Origin: a virus
Virus record (IMG/VR): IMGVR_UViG_3300042509_002208
Location: 15,111-79,110 of that record
Strand: one strand, 5' to 3'
Length of the DNA: 64,000 nucleotides
The position numbers and the translations under genes are program-made. Below are positions 48,743 to 56,898 of the stretch, one piece after another (position 1 is the stretch's first letter; every line of letters begins with the position of its first letter). The notes below the pieces were generated by a model that had not been told where the DNA came from, searched no databases, and saw only the letters and a list, made by a program, of their open reading frames with translations.

Positions 48743-48935
48743 GATGTCAACAATAAGGACACTTCCGGACTCTCTCCATTTGTACGAAGTCTTTTACCAG
48801 GACGGAACTTCGCGATTCCTGTATGGCAATGGCGGAGCGCATGCTTGGGCTCAATCAAGAGAAATTTGGCCGGCTCAGCAAATACAGGAGGTGGTACAAC
48901 TGGATGACGCCTGGAAAGAAAAAGGACTCAACTGA
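48729..48935 (+). CDS. Hypothetical protein
   Basis: ATG inside track ORF 48690..48935. Confidence 0.55.
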   Translation: MDSFKMSTIRTLPDSLHLYEVFYQDGTSRFLYGNGGAHAWAQSREIWPAQQIQEVVQLDDAWKEKGLN

Positions 48936-49072
48936 ATTGTTAAAATTTCCTAACAAGGAAGCCTAACCGGATAGCTCTGCTAGCCTGGCTGTCAACCAGC
49001 CATTTTTTTATGGCTCCGTTTCCAACGGGCTTGACCACTAAGCGGTAGTGGTGTTGAGTTCTGTATTAACCA

Positions 49073-49441
49073 TTGCTTAAATCATTCAAGAGTCTCGCTG
49101 CCCTCGCCCTGTTGTTCTCTGCATTCTCCCCAGGGCCCGCAGCAGCAAGACAATGCACCGTGGCATCGCACTACGGCGTTGGTGACGGTTATCATGGCCG
49201 CACAACCGCCAATGGCGAACGCTTCAATGCCTATGGCGTTAGTGCAGCCCATCCAAACCTGCCATTCGGTTCTCAGTTACTTGTTTCTAATCCAAGCAAC
49301 GGGAAAGTCGTTGTAGTTAAGGTTAATGACCGTGGTCCTTATGTTCATGGAAGAGGTATTGACCTCAGCTATGGTGCATTTTCCAAGATCGCAAGTCCAG
49401 GTCAAGGAGTCGCAACAGTTTGCTACTCACGGGTTGTCTAA
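49073..49441 (+). CDS. rlpA: Secreted RlpA-like (DPBB) lytic transglycosylase
   Basis: Signal peptide; ASHYG..GRTTANGERFN..AAHPNLPFGS..VNDRGPY..IDLS. Confidence 0.92.
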   Translation: MLKSFKSLAALALLFSAFSPGPAAARQCTVASHYGVGDGYHGRTTANGERFNAYGVSAAHPNLPFGSQLLVSNPSNGKVVVVKVNDRGPYVHGRGIDLSYGAFSKIASPGQGVATVCYSRVV

Positions 49442-49483
49442 TTCTAGGGAGCCGTTACACTGGGGGCACTAGCCCCCTTTTGT

Positions 49484-49978
49484 ATGGTTGAATTCGTCTT
49501 TACGAACGACCAAAGGACAAGAGCCCATCAAGAAGGTCTTCGTCGACAGCAATTCAACGAAACGAAGAACCTCAGAGGTCGTAACAGGGCACCTGCTAAA
49601 GGTAAGCGTGCAGAGCAAATGCATCTGCTTGGTGCAGCAGCAGAAATGGCAGTTGCTGTTTACCTTGGGCTTGAAGATCATTTATACTTGCAAGAAAAGC
49701 CCGTTCGCGGATCTTGTGATCTACCTGGTATTGATGTTAAATGCCGCTCCAGGCATTATTATGATTTATTGATTCAATTAGATGATGATCCAGATAAAAA
49801 CTTTGTGCTGGTAACAATCGAGAACCACAGAACAATTATCCATGGTTGGATTAGTGGTTATGAAGGGATGAAGAAGGAATGGATCAAGGAGTTCGTTCCC
49901 GGCAGAGCGTGCTATGCTGTCCCTCAAGACAACCTGCGTCCTTTGGAGCATTTAAAATGTCTAGCGGTTGCTGCATAG
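49484..49978 (+). CDS. PD-(D/E)xK nuclease-like protein
   Basis: GAAAEMAVA..DLPGIDVK. Confidence 0.6.
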   Translation: MVEFVFTNDQRTRAHQEGLRRQQFNETKNLRGRNRAPAKGKRAEQMHLLGAAAEMAVAVYLGLEDHLYLQEKPVRGSCDLPGIDVKCRSRHYYDLLIQLDDDPDKNFVLVTIENHRTIIHGWISGYEGMKKEWIKEFVPGRACYAVPQDNLRPLEHLKCLAVAA

Positions 49979-50193
49979 ACAGAGAAGATTGCTGGATTTC
50001 ATGGGAAGAAGAGGCCGGTGAGTCCGTGCCAGTGCTTAATTTCTCCCCAGGGCTAGTAGAACAATTAGGCTGGGATGTCGGCGACGAACTTTATTGGGAA
50101 CAAATAAAAGAAGACCCCGTTGTTTACAGTTTAAGGAAGATTGAAGATGGACCAGCCTCTGACAGCTTTGGAATTAAGGACCCGGATAGCTGA
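49957..50193 (+). CDS. AbrB/MazE-like small protein
   Basis: VLNFSPGLVEQLGWDVGDELYW. Confidence 0.6.
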   Translation: MSSGCCIDREDCWISWEEEAGESVPVLNFSPGLVEQLGWDVGDELYWEQIKEDPVVYSLRKIEDGPASDSFGIKDPDS

Positions 50194-50350
50194 AAAGGCT
50201 TGGAGAATTTATTCTGGCGAAAGCGTAGATGATATGCCGATTGATTTCTATAGAATTGCTGAAATGGCAATAGTAGAAGTTCACACTAATGTAGATCGAA
50301 TGCTGGGACAGCAGATCAGACACAGACTTGAAAAGCTACTAGATGACTAA
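50147..50350 (+). CDS. Hypothetical protein
   Basis: ORF in coupled chain. Confidence 0.55.
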   Translation: MDQPLTALELRTRIAEKAWRIYSGESVDDMPIDFYRIAEMAIVEVHTNVDRMLGQQIRHRLEKLLDD

Positions 50351-50501
50351 GATGGATCTTAATGAAATCCATAGAATTATAGACGCTAAGATTCGCGACC
50401 ACGAGCGCAGGGTGGCATTGGTTTCCGGTATTATTGGTATGTCAGTGATAATAGGCATCTTCCATGCCATTCGACTCAACAATTCTCTCCTCGGACAGTG
50501 A
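50343..50501 (+). CDS. Small membrane protein, 52 aa
   Basis: IDAKIRDHERRVALVSGIIG cyanophage family; not in track. Confidence 0.65.
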   Translation: MTKMDLNEIHRIIDAKIRDHERRVALVSGIIGMSVIIGIFHAIRLNNSLLGQ

Positions 50502-50646
50502 TTTATCACCAGAGGAGTGGGAAGAGTTGTGTTCATTGAAAGATGCAATCTCTGATTCAATTACCAGTGTGCATCCACTGAAAATGGAGCGCTTTACGGA
50601 ACTCTTCGCCAGATCGCTCGCTGGCAAGGGCGATCCCTTACGCTAG
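50464..50646 (+). CDS. Conserved cyanophage hypothetical protein
   Basis: LSPEEWEEL..LK.AI..SVHP.KME.FTEL. Confidence 0.65.
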   Translation: MPFDSTILSSDSDLSPEEWEELCSLKDAISDSITSVHPLKMERFTELFARSLAGKGDPLR

Positions 50647-50675
50647 AATGGACAGACCCCTCGGCCCGTCCTGCT

Positions 50676-50924
50676 TTGGATAGCGATGCTGACATCTCCT
50701 GTTATGGCAGGGAAAGTGGATTTAGTTTCACTTACAAAATGGGCACTTATCAAACATCGCTTAGCATTAAAGATAATACATGCGATGAAGTTATTGATGC
50801 TTTTTCGAGATTCCTTCTTGGCTGTGGTTTCGCGCCGCAAAATGTCATAGAAAACTTGGTCGAGGTATCAGAGAGACTACAGGAAGCATGGTTCCCAGAG
50901 TCGATCAAGACTGACGACGAATAG
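50676..50924 (+). CDS. Hypothetical protein
   Basis: EVIDAFSRFLLGCGF motif. Confidence 0.65.
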   Translation: MDSDADISCYGRESGFSFTYKMGTYQTSLSIKDNTCDEVIDAFSRFLLGCGFAPQNVIENLVEVSERLQEAWFPESIKTDDE

Positions 50925-51041
50925 GTCCCTGGCTGGAGCTACTCTCGGCAGAAGAAGGCCGAGTCTGGTCGCGGACGCGTCGAGGCGGGGAATCTATGCC
51001 TGACGTGCAAGTTGCCTCTGTAAGTCCAGGAAGTGCAAACC

Positions 51042-51064
51042 GCCTCCTAATAGGAGGCTTTTTT
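51042..51064 (+). terminator. Intrinsic terminator
   Basis: GCCTCC-taata-GGAGGC-TTTTTT. Confidence 0.85.
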
Positions 51065-51097
51065 GCTGATAAGGAATCTTTACTAATCCTTTAAGTC

Positions 51098-51127
51098 TTG
51101 ACATGGGTCGCCTAGGATGCTTATCGT
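51098..51127 (+). promoter_or_regulatory. Sigma70-type promoter
   Basis: TTGACA-18-TATCGT. Confidence 0.6.
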
Positions 51128-51178
51128 TAAGAGGTACCAGGGGACTCCCCTACCCCTTAGCCCTACCCCCGAACCACC

Positions 51179-51655
51179 ATGGAAAGATCTATCCATTTCT
51201 CTGAGGTCACCAATTACGACTTCAATGTCACAGGAGCGGACCTTGTCCTGAAGCTGTTCCAGGGTGACGATATTGTCACTTATATCAGGGTTTTCACTGA
51301 TAATGTGGCAAATTCTGCGACCAGTATTCTGCCTAAGAAGACCCTGGTAGCAGCCAGGACTGCTCCTGTTGCGTCGGAATCAGTCGCTTCTCCTCCCATC
51401 GAGTCGGCCGATGCCGTGGTGGTCGCTACGCTTCCTGCCGTAAGCGCTCCGGCCAAGTCCGCTACCAAATTCAAGTCTTCTAGCTTGACTCGCCTGACGG
51501 CAGATCAGGTCAGAGAGATCAGAGCGAACTGGGAAAGAACCGTAAAAGCCTGCGGCACCAAGAACGCTGCAGCGATCCAATTGGCAAAAGTTTACAACTG
51601 TAGCCCTAAGAACATTTACGCAATTATTTACCGCTATTCGTGGTCCCATATCTAA
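51179..51655 (+). CDS. Protein with C-terminal HTH DNA-binding domain
   Basis: RLTADQVREIR..QLAKVYNCSPKNIYAII..SWSHI. Confidence 0.75.
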   Translation: MERSIHFSEVTNYDFNVTGADLVLKLFQGDDIVTYIRVFTDNVANSATSILPKKTLVAARTAPVASESVASPPIESADAVVVATLPAVSAPAKSATKFKSSSLTRLTADQVREIRANWERTVKACGTKNAAAIQLAKVYNCSPKNIYAIIYRYSWSHI

Positions 51656-51705
51656 GCCCGATATACTGTCAATGGACGAGCGTCCATTGTGTGTGAGGGT
51701 CTTGG

Positions 51706-51730
51706 GCACCGGTCAAGCCGGTGCTTTTTT
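51706..51730 (+). terminator. Intrinsic terminator
   Basis: GCACCGG-tcaag-CCGGTGC-TTTTTT. Confidence 0.85.
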
Positions 51731-51768
51731 GTGCTATCGGAAAAATGACAAGAGCGGGATCAAGACAA

Positions 51769-51987
51769 ATGTCAAGAACTCATAGAGAAAGAGCTGGGAA
51801 ATGGTACCGCAGACCAAAAACTTACAATCTCAGAAAACAGTTGAGTGAGATACAGAATAACGAAGACTTGCAGGACTTGAACTTGGGAAAGAGAAATCGC
51901 ATTGAAGGGATGAATCCGCCCAGCTCCTGGGATGACATTAAAATTTCTGCCTGTGGAGAAAGCAAGTATCAAAAGAAACAAAACTAG
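51769..51987 (+). CDS. Basic hypothetical protein
   Basis: MSRTHR..YRRPKT..PSSWDDIKIS. Confidence 0.65.
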   Translation: MSRTHRERAGKWYRRPKTYNLRKQLSEIQNNEDLQDLNLGKRNRIEGMNPPSSWDDIKISACGESKYQKKQN

Positions 51988-52031
51988 GCAAACTTGTGCA
52001 TGGGAGTCAATAAGATTCCCGTTCGGGAAAA

Positions 52032-52244
52032 ATGGAACCGAATCAGTCCCGAAGAACATGGAATACTCCCGTTCGGGAACGATGGAATGCACCGATACAT
52101 CAATGCCTGAAAGCTGTTGATGCCCATGTTGATCTGTATCTGAAGACTGGCGATGAATGGCATCTCCAGAAAGCTAACTCCTTAAGACTGTACCTGACTG
52201 AGCTGAAAACTTGGATTCATTCAGAAGAATCTAAGCTTGATTAG
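52032..52244 (+). CDS. Conserved cyanophage hypothetical protein
   Basis: WNTPVRERWNAPIH..LKA.D.H..Y..TGD.WH. Confidence 0.75.
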   Translation: MEPNQSRRTWNTPVRERWNAPIHQCLKAVDAHVDLYLKTGDEWHLQKANSLRLYLTELKTWIHSEESKLD

Positions 52245-52507
52245 CTGTACCAGTCATTCATTCTTCGAAAATATCGAAGTCCAGAGGTGACGGTATGACT
52301 CTCTGGTCGAGTTGAGTCGCTACCCTTGTGCTTGATGATCATATCTTGGCGAATCGGCCCCCTATCAAAGTACACGTTGAAATTATGTTTGCTGGCTATA
52401 TCTATGATTTCACGGACTGTTCCGCTGTTTTTCAAGCGTTCATGTATGATCAGCTCAGGGCGCTGGTCATACAATTCACCGTAGGCGTTATATTCCGACA
52501 TAGTCAA
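52241..52507 (-). CDS. Hypothetical protein
   Basis: 88-aa ORF ending the minus-strand cluster. Confidence 0.5.
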   Translation of the reverse strand: MTMSEYNAYGELYDQRPELIIHERLKNSGTVREIIDIASKHNFNVYFDRGPIRQDMIIKHKGSDSTRPESHTVTSGLRYFRRMNDWYS

Positions 52508-52519
52508 TGTTAGTCTCGA

Positions 52520-52666
52520 CTATTTTGCCGATTTCTTCTTTTTCTTCTTCATTCCTGCTTTGGACATCGCAATTGCGATTGATTGCTCTTGGGATTTGCC
52601 TTCATGCATTAGCGTAGAAATGTTCTTGCTAACTGTCTTTTGGCTGCGGCCTTTCTTTAGTGGCAT
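52520..52666 (-). CDS. Small basic protein, 48 aa ([38 protein letters not shown])
   Basis: Widespread phage family; GGAG SD; not in track. Confidence 0.8.
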   Translation of the reverse strand: MPLKKGRSQKTVSKNISTLMHEGKSQEQSIAIAMSKAGMKKKKKKSAK

Positions 52667-52772
52667 GAGACTTCTCCAGGTGATCTAGACACAAGATGTA
52701 GCAGATTGCTACGAGGGTACCCAGTAATACAATTCCAAGGCCAATTGCTACACCCCAAGGGAATACATCCAT
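52629..52772 (-). CDS. Small membrane protein, 47 aa
   Basis: [27 protein letters not shown]. Confidence 0.6.
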   Translation of the reverse strand: MDVFPWGVAIGLGIVLLGTLVAICYILCLDHLEKSHATKERPQPKDS

Positions 52773-52775
52773 TGG

Positions 52776-53063
52776 CTACCACTTAACGCGATCTGCCCAA
52801 TAAGCTGCCGACATTTTACCCTTAGCTATATTCTCGGCATGTCTCGCCTTGAAAGAAGCTCTTTTTGCTTTGTCGGCAGCGCTTTCTCCTTTACGAGGAG
52901 GCTTCGTCTTAGCGCCTTGTTCGCCAAAACGGATCGTTTTAATGTTATCGCCTTCTTTCGCGACAACAATATGGCTTTTGGTAGGGTGACCAGGAGTACG
53001 CTTAGGCTTGTTATAGCCGTCAACGCCTGCTCTTTCAAGCCTGGGATCTTTCTTCTTGGCCAT
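52776..53063 (-). CDS. Basic conserved phage protein
   Basis: YNKPKRTP.HPTKSH.V.AK.G..IRFG.QG..SFKARH..SAAYWAD.VKW. Confidence 0.85.
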   Translation of the reverse strand: MAKKKDPRLERAGVDGYNKPKRTPGHPTKSHIVVAKEGDNIKTIRFGEQGAKTKPPRKGESAADKAKRASFKARHAENIAKGKMSAAYWADRVKW

Positions 53064-53064
53064 C

Positions 53065-53220
53065 TCAACCTCTTTTCTTAGCAGTCTTGGCTGCAGCTTT
53101 GAAGTCAGAAGCCTTGGGGGCATTCTTGGACTTCGGGCTTCTCATTCTTTCTTTGCTACCAGCCTTGATTCTTTCGCGCTTTGCGTGAATATTGTCATAA
53201 AGACCTTTCTTGGCAGCCAT
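53065..53220 (-). CDS. Small basic protein, 51 aa (MAAKKGLYDNIHAKRERIKAGSKERMR)
   Basis: Widespread phage family; late motif GGAAAGCTAG upstream; not in track. Confidence 0.8.
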   Translation of the reverse strand: MAAKKGLYDNIHAKRERIKAGSKERMRSPKSKNAPKASDFKAAAKTAKKRG

Positions 53221-53254
53221 CTTTAACTGTCATATCTTCTAGCTTTCCTGCTAG

Positions 53255-53337
53255 TACCACGGACGGGACTTGAACCCGTACGAGCGATGCTCGACGCATT
53301 TTAAGTGCGTTCTGTCTACCAATTCCAGCACCGTGGC
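53255..53337 (-). tRNA. tRNA-Leu(UAA), intronless, CCA not encoded
   Basis: Cloverleaf; ACGCA-CT-TAA-AA-TGCGT; long variable arm; GGTTCAAGTCC. Confidence 0.95.
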
Positions 53338-53340
53338 AGG

Positions 53341-53413
53341 TGCTCCCTGCTGGGATCGAACCAGCCTAAGGTCGATTATGAGTCGACTGCATTCGCCAGA
53401 TTGCTAAGGGAGC
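53341..53413 (-). tRNA. tRNA(CAU), probably Ile2 (lysidine) type, otherwise elongator Met
   Basis: GTCGA-CT-CAT-AA-TCGAC; G1-C72; body resembles ileX-type tRNAs. Confidence 0.85.
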
Positions 53414-53421
53414 GCCCTCTG

Positions 53422-53450
53422 ATCATAGGGGGTCAGGCGGTTATTCGCAA
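53422..53450 (-). promoter_or_regulatory. Sigma70-type promoter for the tRNA pair
   Basis: TTGCGA-17-TATGAT, 8 nt before the tRNA. Confidence 0.7.
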
Positions 53451-53834
53451 CCGGTTAGCAAAGCTGAACGGATAGCGACCACTGGATGTATCGTCGTCGC
53501 AGGGATTCTTGTAAGTCCTGCCAGTACAGATTTTGTTAATAGAAGTTGCATCAACATCGAAATCTTTCGCAATGTTGAGCTGCGTCTCTCCCATCCGATT
53601 ACGCAGACGAATTTCATCAATCTGGGCGTCACTAAAGAAGCCAGCACGGCGACCGCGCTTGATGGGGTCTAATTCCAGTGGAGGACGCCTCCTGACGCGC
53701 CTAACAACCTTAGAAGGTGTTGTGGGCGAGACATTCGTGATCCTGGCAATGGAATCCATGTCATAGCCCTGGCAACGCAGATTCCAGATTCGGTCTTCCT
53801 TGGGGATGGAAACCCTACCTCGCGGCCGTCTCAT
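53433..53834 (-). CDS. Double-HTH DNA-binding protein
   Basis: GYDMDSIARITNVS and GETQLNIAKDFDVDATSINKI. Confidence 0.75.
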   Translation of the reverse strand: MRRPRGRVSIPKEDRIWNLRCQGYDMDSIARITNVSPTTPSKVVRRVRRRPPLELDPIKRGRRAGFFSDAQIDEIRLRNRMGETQLNIAKDFDVDATSINKICTGRTYKNPCDDDTSSGRYPFSFANRLRITA

Positions 53835-53849
53835 CAGTCTTAGAAGGGG

Positions 53850-53879
53850 TTGACAGCTAACCTTCTTGCTGCGTATTAT
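53850..53879 (+). promoter_or_regulatory. Sigma70-type promoter
   Basis: TTGACA-18-TATTAT. Confidence 0.7.
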
Positions 53880-54002
53880 ACGTCCGGATCAGCTATAGGC
53901 AACGCGGTACCACCTATCCTGATCTTTTTTACGTTTTCTTAAGGATCCGCAAACTCCCCAACCTGCATGGCATCATTGCTGTATAGGCTCGCACTTTACA
54001 AA

Positions 54003-54278
54003 ATGTTACGTTTAATCGCCGGCATCGGCCTTACGGTCCTCGCCTTCCTTCCCAGTTCTGTTCTCGCCCAATGGGCTACCACCTGTACTCGTGAGTACAA
54101 CTCCTCCGTAAACCTGAGGAATGGTCCAAGCAAGGGCAATCGAGTGATCGCCTCGATCCCTAACGACACATACATCCGCACCCTGGATTGGGTTTACGGC
54201 GGAGATGGCATGCGCTGGTATCGCGTTGAGTACAGCGGTCTCGTCGGGTGGATGCGCTCTGATTACATGTGCCGCTGA
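54003..54278 (+). CDS. Secreted bacterial SH3 (SH3b) domain protein
   Basis: Signal peptide; VNLRNGPS..WYRVEY.GLVGWMRSDY. Confidence 0.9.
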   Translation: MLRLIAGIGLTVLAFLPSSVLAQWATTCTREYNSSVNLRNGPSKGNRVIASIPNDTYIRTLDWVYGGDGMRWYRVEYSGLVGWMRSDYMCR

Positions 54279-54757
54279 TGGGTGACATCACAAAGTGGGA
54301 GCAACCCAAAGATCAAATGCCACCAAGAGAAATCCGGATAACGCTTCCTCGCATCCCTCAGATGCCGAAGGATAAGTTGCCGATGTGGATCGCTATTGCC
54401 TCCGGTACTGTTAGCTGCATTTTTGTCACGCATCTTTTAAGTCAAATTAACGATTTAAAAAAGCAGCAAAACTCCGCAGAGCAGCGCATCAAAGATGAAG
54501 TCTTGATGCCTGGTGGTACAAATAGCTATAAGACTGAATTCAAGCCTGATCCAAATGTTGATACGGCGAAGGATAAGGTCACAGTAGTGGCTGAGCCCGC
54601 TGTCGCACCTGTCCCAGAGCCTGCTGCTGTTACTGCTCCGGCACCTGCGCCTGCTCCTGCTCCACCGCCGCCCCCACCGGCCAGGGGGCCTGGAAACTTG
54701 GATTCCGGTTACAGCCCATCCTATAGCCCTGGCCCTTCTGGTCCCGGCAACATGTGA
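54278..54757 (+). CDS. Single-TM protein with Pro/Ala-rich C-terminal tail
   Basis: TM WIAIASGTVSCIFVTHLL; APAPAPAPPPPP; GPGN repeated twice. Confidence 0.75.
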   Translation: MGDITKWEQPKDQMPPREIRITLPRIPQMPKDKLPMWIAIASGTVSCIFVTHLLSQINDLKKQQNSAEQRIKDEVLMPGGTNSYKTEFKPDPNVDTAKDKVTVVAEPAVAPVPEPAAVTAPAPAPAPAPPPPPPARGPGNLDSGYSPSYSPGPSGPGNM

Positions 54758-54764
54758 TCTAATC

Positions 54765-55553
54765 ATGAAAATCCCAAAATTGCCGAGGTCAACTGTGTTT
54801 GGTTTAATTGCTTTTGCTGCTGGTGCAATCGGCTTCAGCGCTGTGTCGATCAATAATGATCGAATTGAGAAGCAGGAAGCCAGGTATCGCGACATCATGT
54901 ATCGAACCATGATGGCAGATCCTGCTCAGCAAAGTCCAATTGAGCAGGTTGATTCGTGGGAAATTGCACAGGAAGCGTCTGCTGATCAATTGCCTCTTGA
55001 TGCTCGCCCAGAACCAGGCATGACACCAGAACCTGGCTCGCTGCAAAAGCGAATTGTATTCAAGGATCCTCCGATGCCTCCTCCGGTATCTCCAGCAGTA
55101 CGCCCTGGTTACGCCTTGGTTCTTGAGAAGACCAAAGAACTTGTTCCTCAAACCAAAGATCCTATTTGGAAGCTTGCTTTAGTAGATCAAACAGGAAAAG
55201 AACTTGGCACTCTTAAAGCCTTATCTGGACGAGCCAATCGGCAAGCGTCAAATCGTAACCAAGGGGGCAACAAATCTCCTTTACCTACTGGCGTTTACAC
55301 CATTGACCATTATGGCATTGAACGTGGGCCTTTTGGCGATCCTGAACTCGGCAAAGGTTTCTGGGTGCCAATCACGCCCATGTTCTCAACAGGACGATCG
55401 GACCTTGGCTTTCACCAAGATCCTTCGTGGGGCAAATTGAATGGAGAATCTGGCACCAGCGGTTGTGTCGGTCTGGAAAATGCCGAGGCGACTTCTCAAC
55501 TGGTTCAATGGATTAAGCGTTATCACATTCGAAAGGTAATAGTCCTTTCTTAA
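54765..55553 (+). CDS. Membrane-anchored L,D-transpeptidase (YkuD-like)
   Basis: N-terminal TM; ALSG..SPLPTGVY..LGFHQDP..GTSGCVGL catalytic His/Cys. Confidence 0.85.
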   Translation: MKIPKLPRSTVFGLIAFAAGAIGFSAVSINNDRIEKQEARYRDIMYRTMMADPAQQSPIEQVDSWEIAQEASADQLPLDARPEPGMTPEPGSLQKRIVFKDPPMPPPVSPAVRPGYALVLEKTKELVPQTKDPIWKLALVDQTGKELGTLKALSGRANRQASNRNQGGNKSPLPTGVYTIDHYGIERGPFGDPELGKGFWVPITPMFSTGRSDLGFHQDPSWGKLNGESGTSGCVGLENAEATSQLVQWIKRYHIRKVIVLS

Positions 55554-55783
55554 TTGTAGCCTCTAGGATACACTTGCCCTGTCGTTGGTCTGGTTGGGCC
55601 AACTGCAGGGCAATAGGCGTTTATGAAAAGTGGGTTGGCGTAAATTTGAGTCAAGTTTTGAGTATTTTCAAAGGCAGCCCTAGTGTCATTATTGTTACTT
55701 GAAATTGGATTTGATATATTTGAAACCGCAAATCTTGTATCATCCGAATTGGATGATATTCCTAGCGAAGTGATAACTGCCAT
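55550..55783 (-). CDS. Small virion-associated protein
   Basis: 77 aa ending RPTTGQVYPRG; follows a ~300-aa partner. Confidence 0.6.
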   Translation of the reverse strand: MAVITSLGISSNSDDTRFAVSNISNPISSNNNDTRAAFENTQNLTQIYANPLFINAYCPAVGPTRPTTGQVYPRGYN

Positions 55784-55785
55784 TG

Positions 55786-56670
55786 CTAGCTTGTCTTAAC
55801 CCATAAGTTGGTGCTTGAGCCAAAGTTTCCCATGCAGGTATAATTAATCCCGTTGATTGTAGTTGTATCTCCAAATTGTCCGGTATTTGTATTGCTTGTC
55901 AGCATGTCTTGTGTCACGTTCCCCAGATAATGAGAATCTCCGTATTGGGAAGCAAACTTGAAGAAATAGTTGGTTCCGTATGTTCCGTTTGGCGTTGGAT
56001 GTCTCATTGTTCCGGATCCACTATTTATACCTTTATAAGGAGCCAAGATGCTAGCTTGTGGCGTGTTTGTATACCATGCACCGCCACTGGAGTAAGCATA
56101 TATCCATTTTCCTAGGCCTGACGATGGGTAATAGGATCCCACATCCATTCCGCTCGTATCACACCGGAATAAGGCGTTGGCATAACGGGCAGATCTTGCT
56201 GAGTTTTCCCAGACATAAATAAACCAAGGAGTAGAGCCAGTCGCTTCGTAAGCAATAAAAACAGTTCCGTCTGATGTGAAAGTCTCATTACCAACTGCTG
56301 TAACAATATTGGTGAACGTGCCATAACCGTTATTGGATGTACTGGTACTTCTTGCGTAATAAGTGCCGTGCAATGATGATGTGGATGTATTCGCCGTTCC
56401 AGCATTTCTACCTTTAAACAATATGCCATAATCACCATTCCCTGTATCTCCTTCTCTCATTTGCAACACCCAAGGAACGAAGCTGCTAGTACTTCTAGAT
56501 GTTGCATTCCCAGGATTCATTAATATCGAGATCTTGCTTGGATCATTAATCGCATTAACAAAATCCGTCAACTGTAAATGAAGCTTATATGATGGGTCTG
56601 TTACTGCCCAAGTTGTACTTGCCCAGTTCGTGTTAGCAGGGATAGAAAACGTAGTTGTAACAACAGCCAT
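55786..56670 (-). CDS. Thr/Ser/Gly/Tyr-rich virion protein (possible receptor-binding or decoration)
   Basis: 294 aa; late-like motif GGAATACTGA upstream. Confidence 0.6.
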   Translation of the reverse strand: MAVVTTTFSIPANTNWASTTWAVTDPSYKLHLQLTDFVNAINDPSKISILMNPGNATSRSTSSFVPWVLQMREGDTGNGDYGILFKGRNAGTANTSTSSLHGTYYARSTSTSNNGYGTFTNIVTAVGNETFTSDGTVFIAYEATGSTPWFIYVWENSARSARYANALFRCDTSGMDVGSYYPSSGLGKWIYAYSSGGAWYTNTPQASILAPYKGINSGSGTMRHPTPNGTYGTNYFFKFASQYGDSHYLGNVTQDMLTSNTNTGQFGDTTTINGINYTCMGNFGSSTNLWVKTS

Positions 56671-56897
56671 TATCTGGACCCTGAAAGTTGACGCTCTTTC
56701 ATGTCAGTATTCCATCGTGGTTCCGTGTATTCGATATCATTCCAGTGTCGAACAACGCCAGCAATAATGAACACATTCGTTATTAAGTAACTGACAAAAA
56801 TAAATGTACGTATCAGTGCGACCTTATCAGCTTCTCTATGGTCATGGCTTGCCTTTTCACCGAGGGCCTTAGCCCATAGCCGAAATATCTGCTTCAT
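56670..56897 (-). CDS. Conserved cyanophage membrane protein
   Basis: WAKALGEKA..EADKVA.IRT.IF..Y.ITN.FI.AGV.RHWN. Confidence 0.8.
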   Translation of the reverse strand: MKQIFRLWAKALGEKASHDHREADKVALIRTFIFVSYLITNVFIIAGVVRHWNDIEYTEPRWNTDMKERQLSGSR

Positions 56898-56898
56898 A

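Noticed and set aside
50464-50646. NblA phycobilisome degradation protein
   Set aside because: Lacks the LSLEQQF-type motif; no psbA, hli or nblA recognised in the window
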